This document shows positions 8,025 through 17,067 of a DNA stretch of 49,853 nucleotides, piece after piece. Under the pieces are notes generated by a model, which did no database searches, was not told where the DNA came from, and saw nothing but the letters and a program-made list of their open reading frames with translations. The DNA comes from Myxococcota bacterium (GTDB lineage Bacteria > Myxococcota_A > UBA796 > CAJQPC01): the NCBI GenBank assembly GCA_036229005.1, contig JAZAMN010000013.1, forward strand, positions 1-49,853, read 5' to 3'. A program made the position numbers and the translations under genes. Numbering within the stretch: position 1 is the stretch's first letter; the number at the start of each line of letters is the position of its first letter.

Positions 8025-9437
8025 TCAGGGGATCGCGCTGAGGGGCTCCAGGGCCTGGATGAAGCCCTCCAGGGTGCCGCTGGGGAGGCCGCAGGAGGCC
8101 CCCACGCACACGTAGGCCCGCGGTCCGGTGGGGCCGGGGAGCTTGCCGGAGAGGGCGCTGAACTGGGCCAGCTCGGGCTCTTGTCGGGTCACCGCGAGGC
8201 GCACGCCGGGGCGCCAGGACGTGTGGAAGGCGGCGATCCAGAAGGGGAGGGTGGGGTCCTCCTTGTCACTGGCGATCACCACCTCCACGGCTGGCCGTTG
8301 CAGCTCCAACACCGCACGCGACATCGCTCCGCAGGCGAGGACATCGGTCTGTAGAGCGGGCAGGCCGGGCCCCAACAAACTGGAGAGCTCGGAAGAGGAT
8401 CCGGGCGCTCCGAGGAGGCTGAGGCGGTGAAGGACGATGACGGCCTCCCCCCACGCGGAGGGCAGCGCGCCGTCCTGGGGCGGTGGGGGCTCGCTGAGGC
8501 CGGCGCGGAGCTTGGGGGCCAATCCCTGTGCGGCTAGCAGCCAGCGGGGATCGGGCAGGGCCTCGTTGAGGGAGAGCAAGCCCGCGGCCGTGAAGCTGGG
8601 CCCGGCGAGGGGTTGTCCCTGGGTGTTCAGCTCCGTGGTGGTCAGGATCTGTGCGAGGTCCTCGGCGGCGCTCAGGTGGGCGGGCTCCCCGAGCAGCGCG
8701 CCGGAGACGGAGAGCGCCCGCAGCAGCAGCCCGTTGTCGGCGGCCATCACGCGCGCGTCGGTGGGGGGCGGGAGGCGCTCCAGGCGGGCCCCGAAGAGGC
8801 GGAGCAGGGCGCTGCGGGTGGCGGCGTCCAGCAGGATGTCGGGGTCTGTGGCCTGGAGCTGGCCGCTGTCGCTGAGCTGGGCGTGCGCGAGCAGGGGGGC
8901 GGCCTCGGGCCCCAAGAGGGTCTGCAGCTCCACCGGGTCCCAGGCGTAGAACTCCCCGAACTCGCTGGGGGCCTCGCTGTGCCAGTAGCCGCCGCTGGGG
9001 GCGCGCAGATCCCGGAGGATGTAGTCGGCGGTGCTGCGGGCCAGGGCGGCGTGGCGCTGCTCTCCACTCAGGGCGGCGGTGGCGGCGCTGATCTGCAGCA
9101 GGCGCGCGTTGTCGGCCAGGGCCTTCTCCCCCTGGGGCCCGAAGAGGCCGCCGCCGAGCAGGTCGATGTGTCCCTGGGTGAGCAGGCCATCCAGGTAGGC
9201 GGAGAGCGCGGCCACCGGGGGCTCGGGGCGCTCCAGCAGCAGCTCGGCGGCGCTGAGGCCGGCCCGTCCGGCGGGGATCTCCGCGGGCAGCGCGTCCAGG
9301 GTGGCCTTCATGTCGGGGAGCTCCACGCGGGGGAGGGGGACGCTGCGCTCCAGGGCCGGCGCTCGGGGAGCTGGCTGGACCACCGGCGAGGGGGCCGGAG
9401 GCGGGCTGCAGGAGAGGAGCAGGGAGAGGGCGAGCAC
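8025..9437 (-). CDS. YyaL/SSP411-like protein lacking the N-terminal thioredoxin domain; putative lipoprotein
   Basis: GGYWHSE..GEFYAW, DARVMAADNGL, DGALPS and AYVC..SCGLP resemble YyaL-family motifs. GTG start followed by LALSLLLSC. Confidence 0.65.
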   Translation of the reverse strand: MLALSLLLSCSPPPAPSPVVQPAPRAPALERSVPLPRVELPDMKATLDALPAEIPAGRAGLSAAELLLERPEPPVAALSAYLDGLLTQGHIDLLGGGLFGPQGEKALADNARLLQISAATAALSGEQRHAALARSTADYILRDLRAPSGGYWHSEAPSEFGEFYAWDPVELQTLLGPEAAPLLAHAQLSDSGQLQATDPDILLDAATRSALLRLFGARLERLPPPTDARVMAADNGLLLRALSVSGALLGEPAHLSAAEDLAQILTTTELNTQGQPLAGPSFTAAGLLSLNEALPDPRWLLAAQGLAPKLRAGLSEPPPPQDGALPSAWGEAVIVLHRLSLLGAPGSSSELSSLLGPGLPALQTDVLACGAMSRAVLELQRPAVEVVIASDKEDPTLPFWIAAFHTSWRPGVRLAVTRQEPELAQFSALSGKLPGPTGPRAYVCVGASCGLPSGTLEGFIQALEPLSAIP

Positions 9438-9572
9438 AGGCTGGGTGTAGCACCCCCGGCGCTGGCTGGGCGTCCAGAGTAGGCACGGGCCCCCCACATC
9501 AGCGAGGAGCCCGTGCGATCCTGCGGCAGCGAGGCGGCACCACCCTGCTGGCCACTCCGCGAGGATCTGGAG

Positions 9573-10298
9573 TCAAACGGTGGGCAGACCGGCGGCCTTC
9601 CAGCCAAAGATGCCGCCCTCCATGGAGGCGACGGCCTTGAAGCCAGCGCCGACCAGGGCGTGGGTGACGCGGCCGGAGCGGCCACCGGAGGCGCACATGA
9701 TGACCAGCGGGGTGCTGCGGTCGATCTCGCCGGCGGTCTGCATGAACTGGGAGAGGGGGACGTTCTCGGCCTGGGCGACGGCCCCCATCATCTGGAGCTC
9801 GGAGGGCTCGCGCACGTCGATCAGGGCGAAGCGGCCCAGGTTGGCGTGGACCCAGCGGGCGGAGACCTCGGGCAGGCCGTTGAGCCGGCTGATGGCCTGC
9901 TCCAGGTTCTCGGTGTTGGCCTCGCGCTCGGTCTCGACGATGTCGCTGCGGCCCTCGACCTGTAGGTTCCAGGCCATCATGCCGCCCTCGACCGAGGCGA
10001 CGTGGCCAAAGCCCAGGGCCTTGAGCTCCTTGGCGGCCAGGCTGGAGCGGCGGCCGGAGCGGCAGATCAGGACGTAGGGGGTGTCCTTGTCCAGCAGCTT
10101 GGCCTGGCCCAGCAGGGAGAGCAGGGGGGTGTTCTGCACGCCCTCGACCTGGCCCAGGGGACCGGTCAGCTCGGAGGGCTCGCGCACGTCGATGAACTTG
10201 AGGTCGTCGCGGTGCTCCTTGACCCAGGAGGCGGACACCTCGGGGGAGCCGTTGTCCACGCGGATCTGCTTGTCGAACTCAGCGGTGATGGCAGTCAT
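9573..10298 (-). CDS. tandem rhodanese-domain sulfurtransferase
   Basis: Two repeats IDVREPSEL..C(R/A)SG(R/G)RS..SxEGG, each with the catalytic Cys. AAGGAG RBS upstream of the ATG at 10298. Confidence 0.9.
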   Translation of the reverse strand: MTAITAEFDKQIRVDNGSPEVSASWVKEHRDDLKFIDVREPSELTGPLGQVEGVQNTPLLSLLGQAKLLDKDTPYVLICRSGRRSSLAAKELKALGFGHVASVEGGMMAWNLQVEGRSDIVETEREANTENLEQAISRLNGLPEVSARWVHANLGRFALIDVREPSELQMMGAVAQAENVPLSQFMQTAGEIDRSTPLVIMCASGGRSGRVTHALVGAGFKAVASMEGGIFGWKAAGLPTV

Positions 10299-10351
10299 CT
10301 GAATCTCCTTGGGCCCGTTGTGGGTGGGGGCCCCTTGCTGCTGAGGTCCAT

Positions 10352-10368
10352 TCCAAGAAGCGTGCCAG
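10352..10368 (-). promoter_or_regulatory. sigma54-like -24/-12 promoter (variant -12) for the rhodanese gene
   Basis: Minus strand CTGGCACGCTTCTTGGA versus consensus YTGGCACG-N4-TTGCW, about 54 bp upstream of the start. Confidence 0.5.
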
Positions 10369-10445
10369 CCCCCAGGGTGGGGATTTGGTGCATTCTGGGG
10401 CAAGATGGCGCGTAAGGTGGGGCAGTTGATGGTCCAAAACGTTGC

Positions 10446-11879
10446 ATGGCCTCAAGGCCCCTCAGCTCTGTGCCCCTCCGTTCCGAAATGGCGGGGAGGG
10501 AGGAGCCTTCCGTGCGCGCTCGACTCCGCTCCGCCATGGAGCGCTTCTGGGATCCTGGCCCCAGCCCCCTGCAGGTCCTGCTGCAGCAGGGCTGGATGCT
10601 GGGACTGGCCACGGTGACCGCCGGGATCGCTGGGGGTGGCCTGGCGCTGCATCCCGACAACCTGCTGTTCCGGGCGCTGCTGGTCCTCAGCGCCGGCGGC
10701 GGGCTGCTGGTCTTCTGGCTGGGCTGGGCCCTGCTGATGTGGGCCGTCTCCAAGCAGAAGCAGCGCGACCGAGAGGCCAACGAGTCCCTGGCCACGGTCC
10801 TGGAGGCCACCGCCATGGGCGCGGTCATGGACCACGGCAGGACCCTGCATCCCCGGGTCAGCGACGCCATGAGCCACCTGGCCCACGAGCACAGCAAGCT
10901 GGTGCGCACCCTCCAGACCGAGCGCCAGCGCGCCGCCTTCTCCCGGGACCTCGCCGAGGCCCTGGACATCGCCGACACCTCGCGGGAGGTCTACGAGATC
11001 GCCCGCCGGGTGGCCGCAATCCGCCTCCGGGACGCCGACTTCGCCCTGGTGGTCGACCACGGCGAGGGCAAGCTGGAGTGGGAGGTCCAACAGGGCGAGC
11101 GTGCCTGCGCGTGCGCCTCCTCCAAGCGCTGTCCTGCCCTGCGCAAGGGCCGGATGATGGAGTTCGCCCCCGACAGCGGACTGGCCCGCTGCTCCCAGCT
11201 CCTCCAGGACGACACCCACGCCGTCTGCGCGCCTGTGGCCGTCACTGGCAAGAACCTCGCGGTCGTCCAGGCCGTGTTCGAGCGCCAGCCGCCCCTGGAT
11301 GCCCCCGAGGCCTGCTCGACCCTGGCCCACTCCCTGGGCACCCGCCTGGGCGTCGTCATCAGCCTCCAGGAGCGCGAGCATCAGGCCAACACCGATCCCC
11401 TGACCGGGCTCTCGAACCGGCGCGCCATGAACCAGCTCCTGGGCGATCTGGACGAGGCCGCCGGGCCCTACGCCGTGGTCGCCTGCGACCTGGACCACTT
11501 CAAGAGCCTCAACGACACCTACGGCCACGAGGTGGGGGACCGCTGCCTGAACCTCTTCGCCCAGGTGCTCCAGGAGGTCTGCCGCGCCAGCGATCTGCCC
11601 TGCCGGCCCGGCGGCGAGGAGTTCACGGTGGTGCTGCCCCACGCCGACGTCCTGGCTGGAGAGCAGGTCGGTGAGCGCATCCGAGCCCGCCTGCTGCACG
11701 CCTCGCACGCGGCCGGTCGGCCCTTCACCGTGAGCATCGGCGTGGCCGCGACCCAGGAGGGTGAGGTCAGCCCTGAGACCCTGCTGGAGCGCGCCGATAT
11801 GGCCCTCTACGCCGCCAAGGAGGCCGGGCGCGACCGGGTGGTCACCTGGACCGAGGGCCTGCGCCGCCAGGCTGCGTGA
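10446..11879 (+). CDS. membrane-anchored GAF-GGDEF diguanylate cyclase (start uncertain)
   Basis: Two TM segments, Cys-containing GAF-like region, TDPLTGLSNRR, DLDHFKSLNDTYGH, RASD I-site, GGEEF. Confidence 0.92.
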   Translation: MASRPLSSVPLRSEMAGREEPSVRARLRSAMERFWDPGPSPLQVLLQQGWMLGLATVTAGIAGGGLALHPDNLLFRALLVLSAGGGLLVFWLGWALLMWAVSKQKQRDREANESLATVLEATAMGAVMDHGRTLHPRVSDAMSHLAHEHSKLVRTLQTERQRAAFSRDLAEALDIADTSREVYEIARRVAAIRLRDADFALVVDHGEGKLEWEVQQGERACACASSKRCPALRKGRMMEFAPDSGLARCSQLLQDDTHAVCAPVAVTGKNLAVVQAVFERQPPLDAPEACSTLAHSLGTRLGVVISLQEREHQANTDPLTGLSNRRAMNQLLGDLDEAAGPYAVVACDLDHFKSLNDTYGHEVGDRCLNLFAQVLQEVCRASDLPCRPGGEEFTVVLPHADVLAGEQVGERIRARLLHASHAAGRPFTVSIGVAATQEGEVSPETLLERADMALYAAKEAGRDRVVTWTEGLRRQAA

Positions 11880-11924
11880 GGCCCGCATTGACTCGGGCGG
11901 GGGGAAGCCTGATAGAAGCCTGAA

Positions 11925-14276
11925 ATGAGCATCCAACTCCGGGGCGCCCGGACCCACAACCTCCAGGACGTCGACCTCGACCTGCCGCTCGGCCAGATGA
12001 TCGTGGTCGCCGGCGTGTCCGGCTCCGGCAAGAGCAGCCTGGCCCTGGACACCCTCCACGCCGAAGGTCGCCGCCGCCTGGTGGAGACCCTCTCCGTGCG
12101 CCTGCGCGCCCTCTTGGACCAGCAGCCCCGGCCGCCTCTGCGCTCCCTGTCCGGCCTGCCGCCCACCCTGGCCATCACCCAGCACCGGGGCGACGCCGCC
12201 GGCCCCCGCGCCACCGTCGGCACCCTCTCCGAGCTCCAGCAGCTCCTGGGCGTCGTGTTCGCGCGCCTGGGCGTCCAGACCTGCCCCGAGACCGGGGAGC
12301 TTGTCCGCACCCACAGCCTCGACCAGATCCTCCACGAGCTCCAGGCCCACCCCGCGGGCAGCCGCCTCACGGTCTGCGCGCCTCTGCGGGAGGGGGAGGC
12401 CGGCGACCACCACGCCCTGCTCACCGGGCTGCTCCAGGAGGGCTTCGCGCGGGCCCGCGTGAACGGGGAGATCCAGAGGATCGAGGACGTCGGCGCCCTG
12501 GACCCGGCCGCACCGCAACACATCCAAGCCGTCATCGACCGCATCAAGCTCTCGCCCGAGCGCGAGGAGCGGCTGGCCGACGCGCTCCGCCTGGCCATGC
12601 GGGTCGGAAAGGGCCGCGTCGTCGTCCTGGTCGACCGCAGCGTCCACAGCTTCCAGACCCAGGCCTGGTGCCCCGGGCGGGACACGCCGCTGCCGGATCT
12701 GCGCGCCGAGCTCCTGCACTTCTCCTCCCAGCCGGGCGCCTGTGAGGCCTGCCAGGGCCTCGGGGTGGATGAAGCGGGACAGCCGTGCCTCGTCTGCGCC
12801 GGATCGCGCCTCTCCGATGTGTCGCGGGCCCTGAGGTTGGACGGGGTGGGCCCCGCTGCGCTGATGGCCATGCCGCTCTCCTCCCTCTCCCCCTGGCTGC
12901 TGGAGCGCGCCCAGGACCTGGAGGGCGTCGGGCCCGAGCTGGAGCGCCGCCTCCGATTCCTGCTGGATCTGGGCCTGGGCTACCTGAGCCTGGACCGCAG
13001 CGCCGACTCCCTGGCCCGCGGGGAGCTCCAGCGCCTGCGCCTGGCCGGTCTGGTGGCCCGCCCTCTGCGCGGCGTGCTCTACGTCCTGGACGAGCCCACC
13101 GCCGGCCTGCACCCCCGCGACACCCAACGCCTGCTGGACTGCCTGCACGAGCTCCGCGACCAGGGCAACAGCCTGCTGGTGGTCGAGCACGACCCCCTGA
13201 TCCTCGCGGGCGCCGACCAGGTCATCGAGGTGGGGCCCCAGGCCGGCCACGCCGGCGGTCGCATCGTGTTCCAGGGCAGCCCCGAGGCCCTCCGCGAGGC
13301 CGACACCCTCACCGGGCGCTGGATCTCCGGGAGGGAGCGGCCCCCGGTGCGCGGCGATCTGGGCCCACCCAACGACTGGCTGAGCCTTCACGGACTCACC
13401 CAGAGAAACCTGGCCATCGCCGAGGTGCGCTTTCCGCTGGGCCGCCTGAGCGTGGTCACCGGACCGGGCGGCGCGGGCAAGTCCTCGCTGGTGCTGGACA
13501 CCCTGCTCCCGGCCCTCAAGCAGCAGCCCGGGCTGGCCTTCGAGCGCCTGGAGGGGCAGGGGAGTCTGGAGCGCATCGTCCGGGTCGGGGGTGGCTCCTC
13601 GCTGCGCTCGCCGCGCTCTTCGGTCGCGACCTACGCCGGCCTGTGGACCGAGCTGCGGCGCCTGCTCTCCATGACCCGGGACGCCAAGGTCGCCGGCTTC
13701 GGGCCGGGCCACTTCTCCCTGAACCGGGCGGGGGGACGCTGCGGCGCCTGCGGGGGCAGCGGCATGCAGGAGCTCGAGTCGGGCAGCCTCCCGGATCTGC
13801 AGCTCCCGTGTCCGGTCTGCGGGGGCCGGCGCTTTGACCGCGCCACCCTGCGGGTCCGCTACAAGGGCCTGAACGCCGCGGAGCTGCTGGAGCTGTCGGT
13901 GGGGGAGGCCCGCAGCCTCTTCCAGGCCGTCCCCAAGCTCGCTCGGGTGCTGCGGGAGCTGGATGCGGTGGGGTTGGGCTACCTGCCCCTGGGACAGTCT
14001 GGGCCCACCCTCTCCGGCGGCGAGGTGCAGCGGCTGCGCATCGCAAGGGATCTGGCCCGAGGACAGGCGTCCGGCGCCCTCTACGTGCTCGACGAGCCCT
14101 GCTCCGGGCTGCACCCCCAGGACGTGGCCAACCTGGTGCGGCTGCTGCAGCGCCTGTGCACGCAGGGAGCCACGGTGATCTGCATCGCGCTGGACCCCGT
14201 GCTCATCGCGGCGGCCGACTGGGAGCTGCGCCTGGAGGCGGGGGCCTTGATCCACGCGGGAGCGCCAGATGCCTGA
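11925..14276 (+). CDS. UvrA-family ABC ATPase paralogue, shortened and partly degenerate
   Basis: GARTHNL, GVSGSGKSS, zinc-finger CxxC pairs, YVLDEP twice, second Walker A GPGGAGKSS. 783 aa. Confidence 0.85.
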   Translation: MSIQLRGARTHNLQDVDLDLPLGQMIVVAGVSGSGKSSLALDTLHAEGRRRLVETLSVRLRALLDQQPRPPLRSLSGLPPTLAITQHRGDAAGPRATVGTLSELQQLLGVVFARLGVQTCPETGELVRTHSLDQILHELQAHPAGSRLTVCAPLREGEAGDHHALLTGLLQEGFARARVNGEIQRIEDVGALDPAAPQHIQAVIDRIKLSPEREERLADALRLAMRVGKGRVVVLVDRSVHSFQTQAWCPGRDTPLPDLRAELLHFSSQPGACEACQGLGVDEAGQPCLVCAGSRLSDVSRALRLDGVGPAALMAMPLSSLSPWLLERAQDLEGVGPELERRLRFLLDLGLGYLSLDRSADSLARGELQRLRLAGLVARPLRGVLYVLDEPTAGLHPRDTQRLLDCLHELRDQGNSLLVVEHDPLILAGADQVIEVGPQAGHAGGRIVFQGSPEALREADTLTGRWISGRERPPVRGDLGPPNDWLSLHGLTQRNLAIAEVRFPLGRLSVVTGPGGAGKSSLVLDTLLPALKQQPGLAFERLEGQGSLERIVRVGGGSSLRSPRSSVATYAGLWTELRRLLSMTRDAKVAGFGPGHFSLNRAGGRCGACGGSGMQELESGSLPDLQLPCPVCGGRRFDRATLRVRYKGLNAAELLELSVGEARSLFQAVPKLARVLRELDAVGLGYLPLGQSGPTLSGGEVQRLRIARDLARGQASGALYVLDEPCSGLHPQDVANLVRLLQRLCTQGATVICIALDPVLIAAADWELRLEAGALIHAGAPDA

Positions 14277-14760
14277 GATCGACCCCCAGTCCCGGCCCGC
14301 GCGGCTGGAGGATCTGGACCGGATCTGCGCCCTCAACGTGCAGGTCCACAGCTTCCACCTGGCGGAGAACCCGCTGCGCTACCGGGAGCTGCACGCGGAC
14401 GACCCGCGCCTGCGGGCGCACCACCGCAGGTGCATCGAGGATCCCGACACCGTGCTGATGGTGCGCTGCGACCCGGAGGGCCTGGTGGTGGGCTACCTGC
14501 TCGCCCGCTGGCGCGTGTTCGAGGACTCGCCGTTCTTGAACGACGCGGTGGAGCTGCACGTCGACCAGATCGTCGTGGACGCCGAGCATCGGGGCCAGGG
14601 CCACGGCCAGGAGCTGCTGGACCGGGCGATGCGGGCGGCGCGCGGGCAGGGGGCCGACCGACTGAGCCTGGGGGTCGCGATCTTCAACGACCGCGCCCGA
14701 AAGATGTTCGAGCGCGTGGGCTTCCAGGTGATCGGCCGGGTGATGGTGCGCCGGGCCTGA
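14269..14760 (+). CDS. GNAT family N-acetyltransferase
   Basis: VDAEHRGQGHG acetyl-CoA motif and N..A..F.R.GF. Overlaps the uvrA-like stop. Confidence 0.88.
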   Translation: MPEIDPQSRPARLEDLDRICALNVQVHSFHLAENPLRYRELHADDPRLRAHHRRCIEDPDTVLMVRCDPEGLVVGYLLARWRVFEDSPFLNDAVELHVDQIVVDAEHRGQGHGQELLDRAMRAARGQGADRLSLGVAIFNDRARKMFERVGFQVIGRVMVRRA

Positions 14761-14769
14761 GCCAGCCGC

Positions 14770-15243
14770 TCAGGCGTCCAGGGCGTCGATCATCTCCTTG
14801 AGCTCCCCGTTGCCGTGCATCTCGGCCAGGATGTCGGAGCCGCCGACGAACTCGCCGCCGATGTAGATCTGGGGGATGGTGGGCCAGCTCGAGAAGTCCT
14901 TCACGGCCTCGCGCACGTCGGGGTCCAGCAGCACGTTGCAGTGGGCCAGGGGCTTGCCGTAGCCGCGCAGGATGGCCGAGGCGTTGGCCGAGAAGCCGCA
15001 GGCGGGCTGCACGGGGCTGCCCTTCATGAAGATGTAGATGGGCGCGGCCGCGACCTGCTCCTTGATCCACTCCGTGGGGTCCTGGTCGCCGCGGGGGGAG
15101 ACCTCCTCCTCGATCACGGTGGGGCGGGGCCGGGGGGCCGGGCGCGGGTTGGGCTGGCCCTTGGCGCGCGTCTCGGGCGGCGTGGGGTTGTTCCGGCCGA
15201 TGATGGGCAGGATGAGCTTCTTGACGCGCTTGCGGATTCCCAT
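14770..15243 (-). CDS. grxD: monothiol (CGFS) glutaredoxin with N-terminal extension
   Basis: FMKGSPVQPACGFS, WPTIPQIYIGGEFVGGSDI. ATG at 15243. Confidence 0.9.
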   Translation of the reverse strand: MGIRKRVKKLILPIIGRNNPTPPETRAKGQPNPRPAPRPRPTVIEEEVSPRGDQDPTEWIKEQVAAAPIYIFMKGSPVQPACGFSANASAILRGYGKPLAHCNVLLDPDVREAVKDFSSWPTIPQIYIGGEFVGGSDILAEMHGNGELKEMIDALDA

Positions 15244-15339
15244 GGGTACCTCTTGCCTGGATGGGCCAACACCCCGCGGGCGTTGCAGCCTCATCGTCCA
15301 GGCGCTCTGGCTAAGATGGCAGGCCTGACCGGGCCGCCC

Positions 15340-16314
15340 ATGCAGATCCTGCTCCTCATCGCCTCCCTGTTCTTCGCCACGGTGCCCATCGTGGGCTTCC
15401 TGGTGGTGATCTGGTGGCTGGACCGCTACGACCGCGAGCCCATCTGGCTGGTCGCCCTGACCTTTGGCTGGGGCGCGGTGGGCTCCATCATCCTGGCCCT
15501 GATCGGCAGCTTCATCCTGAACCTGCCCTTCGAGCTGGCGCTGTCCCCGGAGGCGGCAGACGGCATCGGCGCCACCTTCATCGCCCCGCTGGTCGAGGAG
15601 CCCTCCAAGGCCCTGTTCCTGCTGGCCATCTACTTCTCCCGGCACTTCGACAACACCACGGACGGGTTCGTCTACGGGGCGGCCGCGGGGCTGGGCTTCG
15701 CGATGACCGAGAACTTCATGTACTTCACCTCTGTGGGCTCCACAGGGGACATGGTCGCCTACGCGGGCACGGTGGTCATCCGCACCCTCTACTCCGCGAT
15801 GATGCACGCCTGCGCGAGCTCCGTGGTGGGGGCCAGCCTGGGCTTCGTCAAGTTCCGCAGCCTGCCCTTCAAGCTGGTGGTGCCCCCGGTTGGCCTCGCC
15901 GTCGCCATGGGCATCCACGCTCTGTGGAATGGGCTGCTCACCCTGGAAGGTGTGGCCGAAGCCAGCGGCATGCTGGCGCTGCTCAACTTCCTGATCTTCC
16001 CCCTGGAGTTCCTGGGGCTGTTCATCACCCTGCAGGTCTGCCTGCAGATCGAGAAGCGCACCATCCGCCGCGAGCTGGACGAGGAGGCCCGCCTGGGGGT
16101 GCTGCCCGGCAGCCTCGTCCCCATCCTGTCGAGCTACCTCCCGCGCGGCCGCGCGGGCTGGGTCCCCAAGGGGGTCTCAAAGGACGACTACATCGTCGCT
16201 GCCACCACTCTGGCATTCAGGAAGCACCAGCACCGGAACCGGCCGGATCCGGGCATCGCCGAGGACATCGAGCGCCTGCGCGGGCAGCTCCGGGCCTGGA
16301 GCGCGCTGGCCTGA
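15340..16314 (+). CDS. PrsW family intramembrane metalloprotease
   Basis: DRYDREP, EEPSK, FAMTEN, MHACAS, HALWN and multiple TM helices. Alternative start at 15316. Confidence 0.9.
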   Translation: MQILLLIASLFFATVPIVGFLVVIWWLDRYDREPIWLVALTFGWGAVGSIILALIGSFILNLPFELALSPEAADGIGATFIAPLVEEPSKALFLLAIYFSRHFDNTTDGFVYGAAAGLGFAMTENFMYFTSVGSTGDMVAYAGTVVIRTLYSAMMHACASSVVGASLGFVKFRSLPFKLVVPPVGLAVAMGIHALWNGLLTLEGVAEASGMLALLNFLIFPLEFLGLFITLQVCLQIEKRTIRRELDEEARLGVLPGSLVPILSSYLPRGRAGWVPKGVSKDDYIVAATTLAFRKHQHRNRPDPGIAEDIERLRGQLRAWSALA

Positions 16315-16317
16315 GCT

Positions 16318-16356
16318 CCGCGGGGGACTGGGCCGCGGGGGACTGGGCCGTGGGGG
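16318..16356. repeat. 15-bp tandem repeat (CCGCGGGGGACTGGG x2.6)
   Basis: Seen directly between two convergent stop codons. Confidence 0.8.
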
Positions 16357-16357
16357 C

Positions 16358-17002
16358 CTACTTGCGGCGCCGCTTGGCGTCCTCGGCCTCGGGCAGCTCG
16401 CCGTCCAGGGTGCGGACCAGGATCAGCACCTCCTTGGGACCGGCCTGCACCGTGAAGCCCTGGCCCGCGAAGCTGTAGTCCCCGGCGGGCAGGAAGCCGA
16501 CGAAGGCGCCGGTCTGCGCGAGCTGGGCCTGGGCGTGCTCCACCGCGGCGCGCTGGTCGGGGAGCATGGGCATCCGCGCGGGCTCCAGGCTGGCGGGGGC
16601 CTGGGGGTCGGTGCGCAGCTCGACGCGGCCGAACTGGGTGTCGATGGTCCAGAGCCAGTCGATGACCTCGCGGGTGCCGTCCAGCTTGGCGGCGGCCTGC
16701 AGGCGCTCGTAGGCCAGCAGCACATCCCCGGCGTGGCGGGCGGCCATCGCGCCGGCCACGTAGTCGTCGTAGCGGAGGGCGGCGCCGGTGGCCTCCATCT
16801 CCAGGTAGAGCCGGGCGACGCCGTCCCAGAGCTGCCGCTTGGCCAGCTTCATGCACTCGTCGTGCAGGCGGTAGTACTCGGCCTGGCGGGCGGGGTCTAT
16901 CGCCTGGCCCTCGGCCACCTGCTCCATCTCGGCGTCCGCAGACGCGTCGCCTCGGCTCAGGGCCCAGGGCGAAGGGAGCAGTACCAGGAGCAGGGACAGC
17001 AC
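16358..17002 (-). CDS. hypothetical secreted protein
   Basis: Signal-peptide-like start, helical N-half, no recognised family. Confidence 0.6.
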   Translation of the reverse strand: MLSLLLVLLPSPWALSRGDASADAEMEQVAEGQAIDPARQAEYYRLHDECMKLAKRQLWDGVARLYLEMEATGAALRYDDYVAGAMAARHAGDVLLAYERLQAAAKLDGTREVIDWLWTIDTQFGRVELRTDPQAPASLEPARMPMLPDQRAAVEHAQAQLAQTGAFVGFLPAGDYSFAGQGFTVQAGPKEVLILVRTLDGELPEAEDAKRRRK

Positions 17003-17067
17003 GGGCCCGTTTTAGGACCCGTGCGCCCCGGTGCGCAAGGGGGATTCGCCCGGTCGTAACGTCAGCG

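Noticed and set aside
10452..14336. 1294-aa minus-strand ORF
   Set aside because: Antisense shadow of the GGDEF and UvrA-like genes, expected in high-GC DNA, with no motifs of its own.
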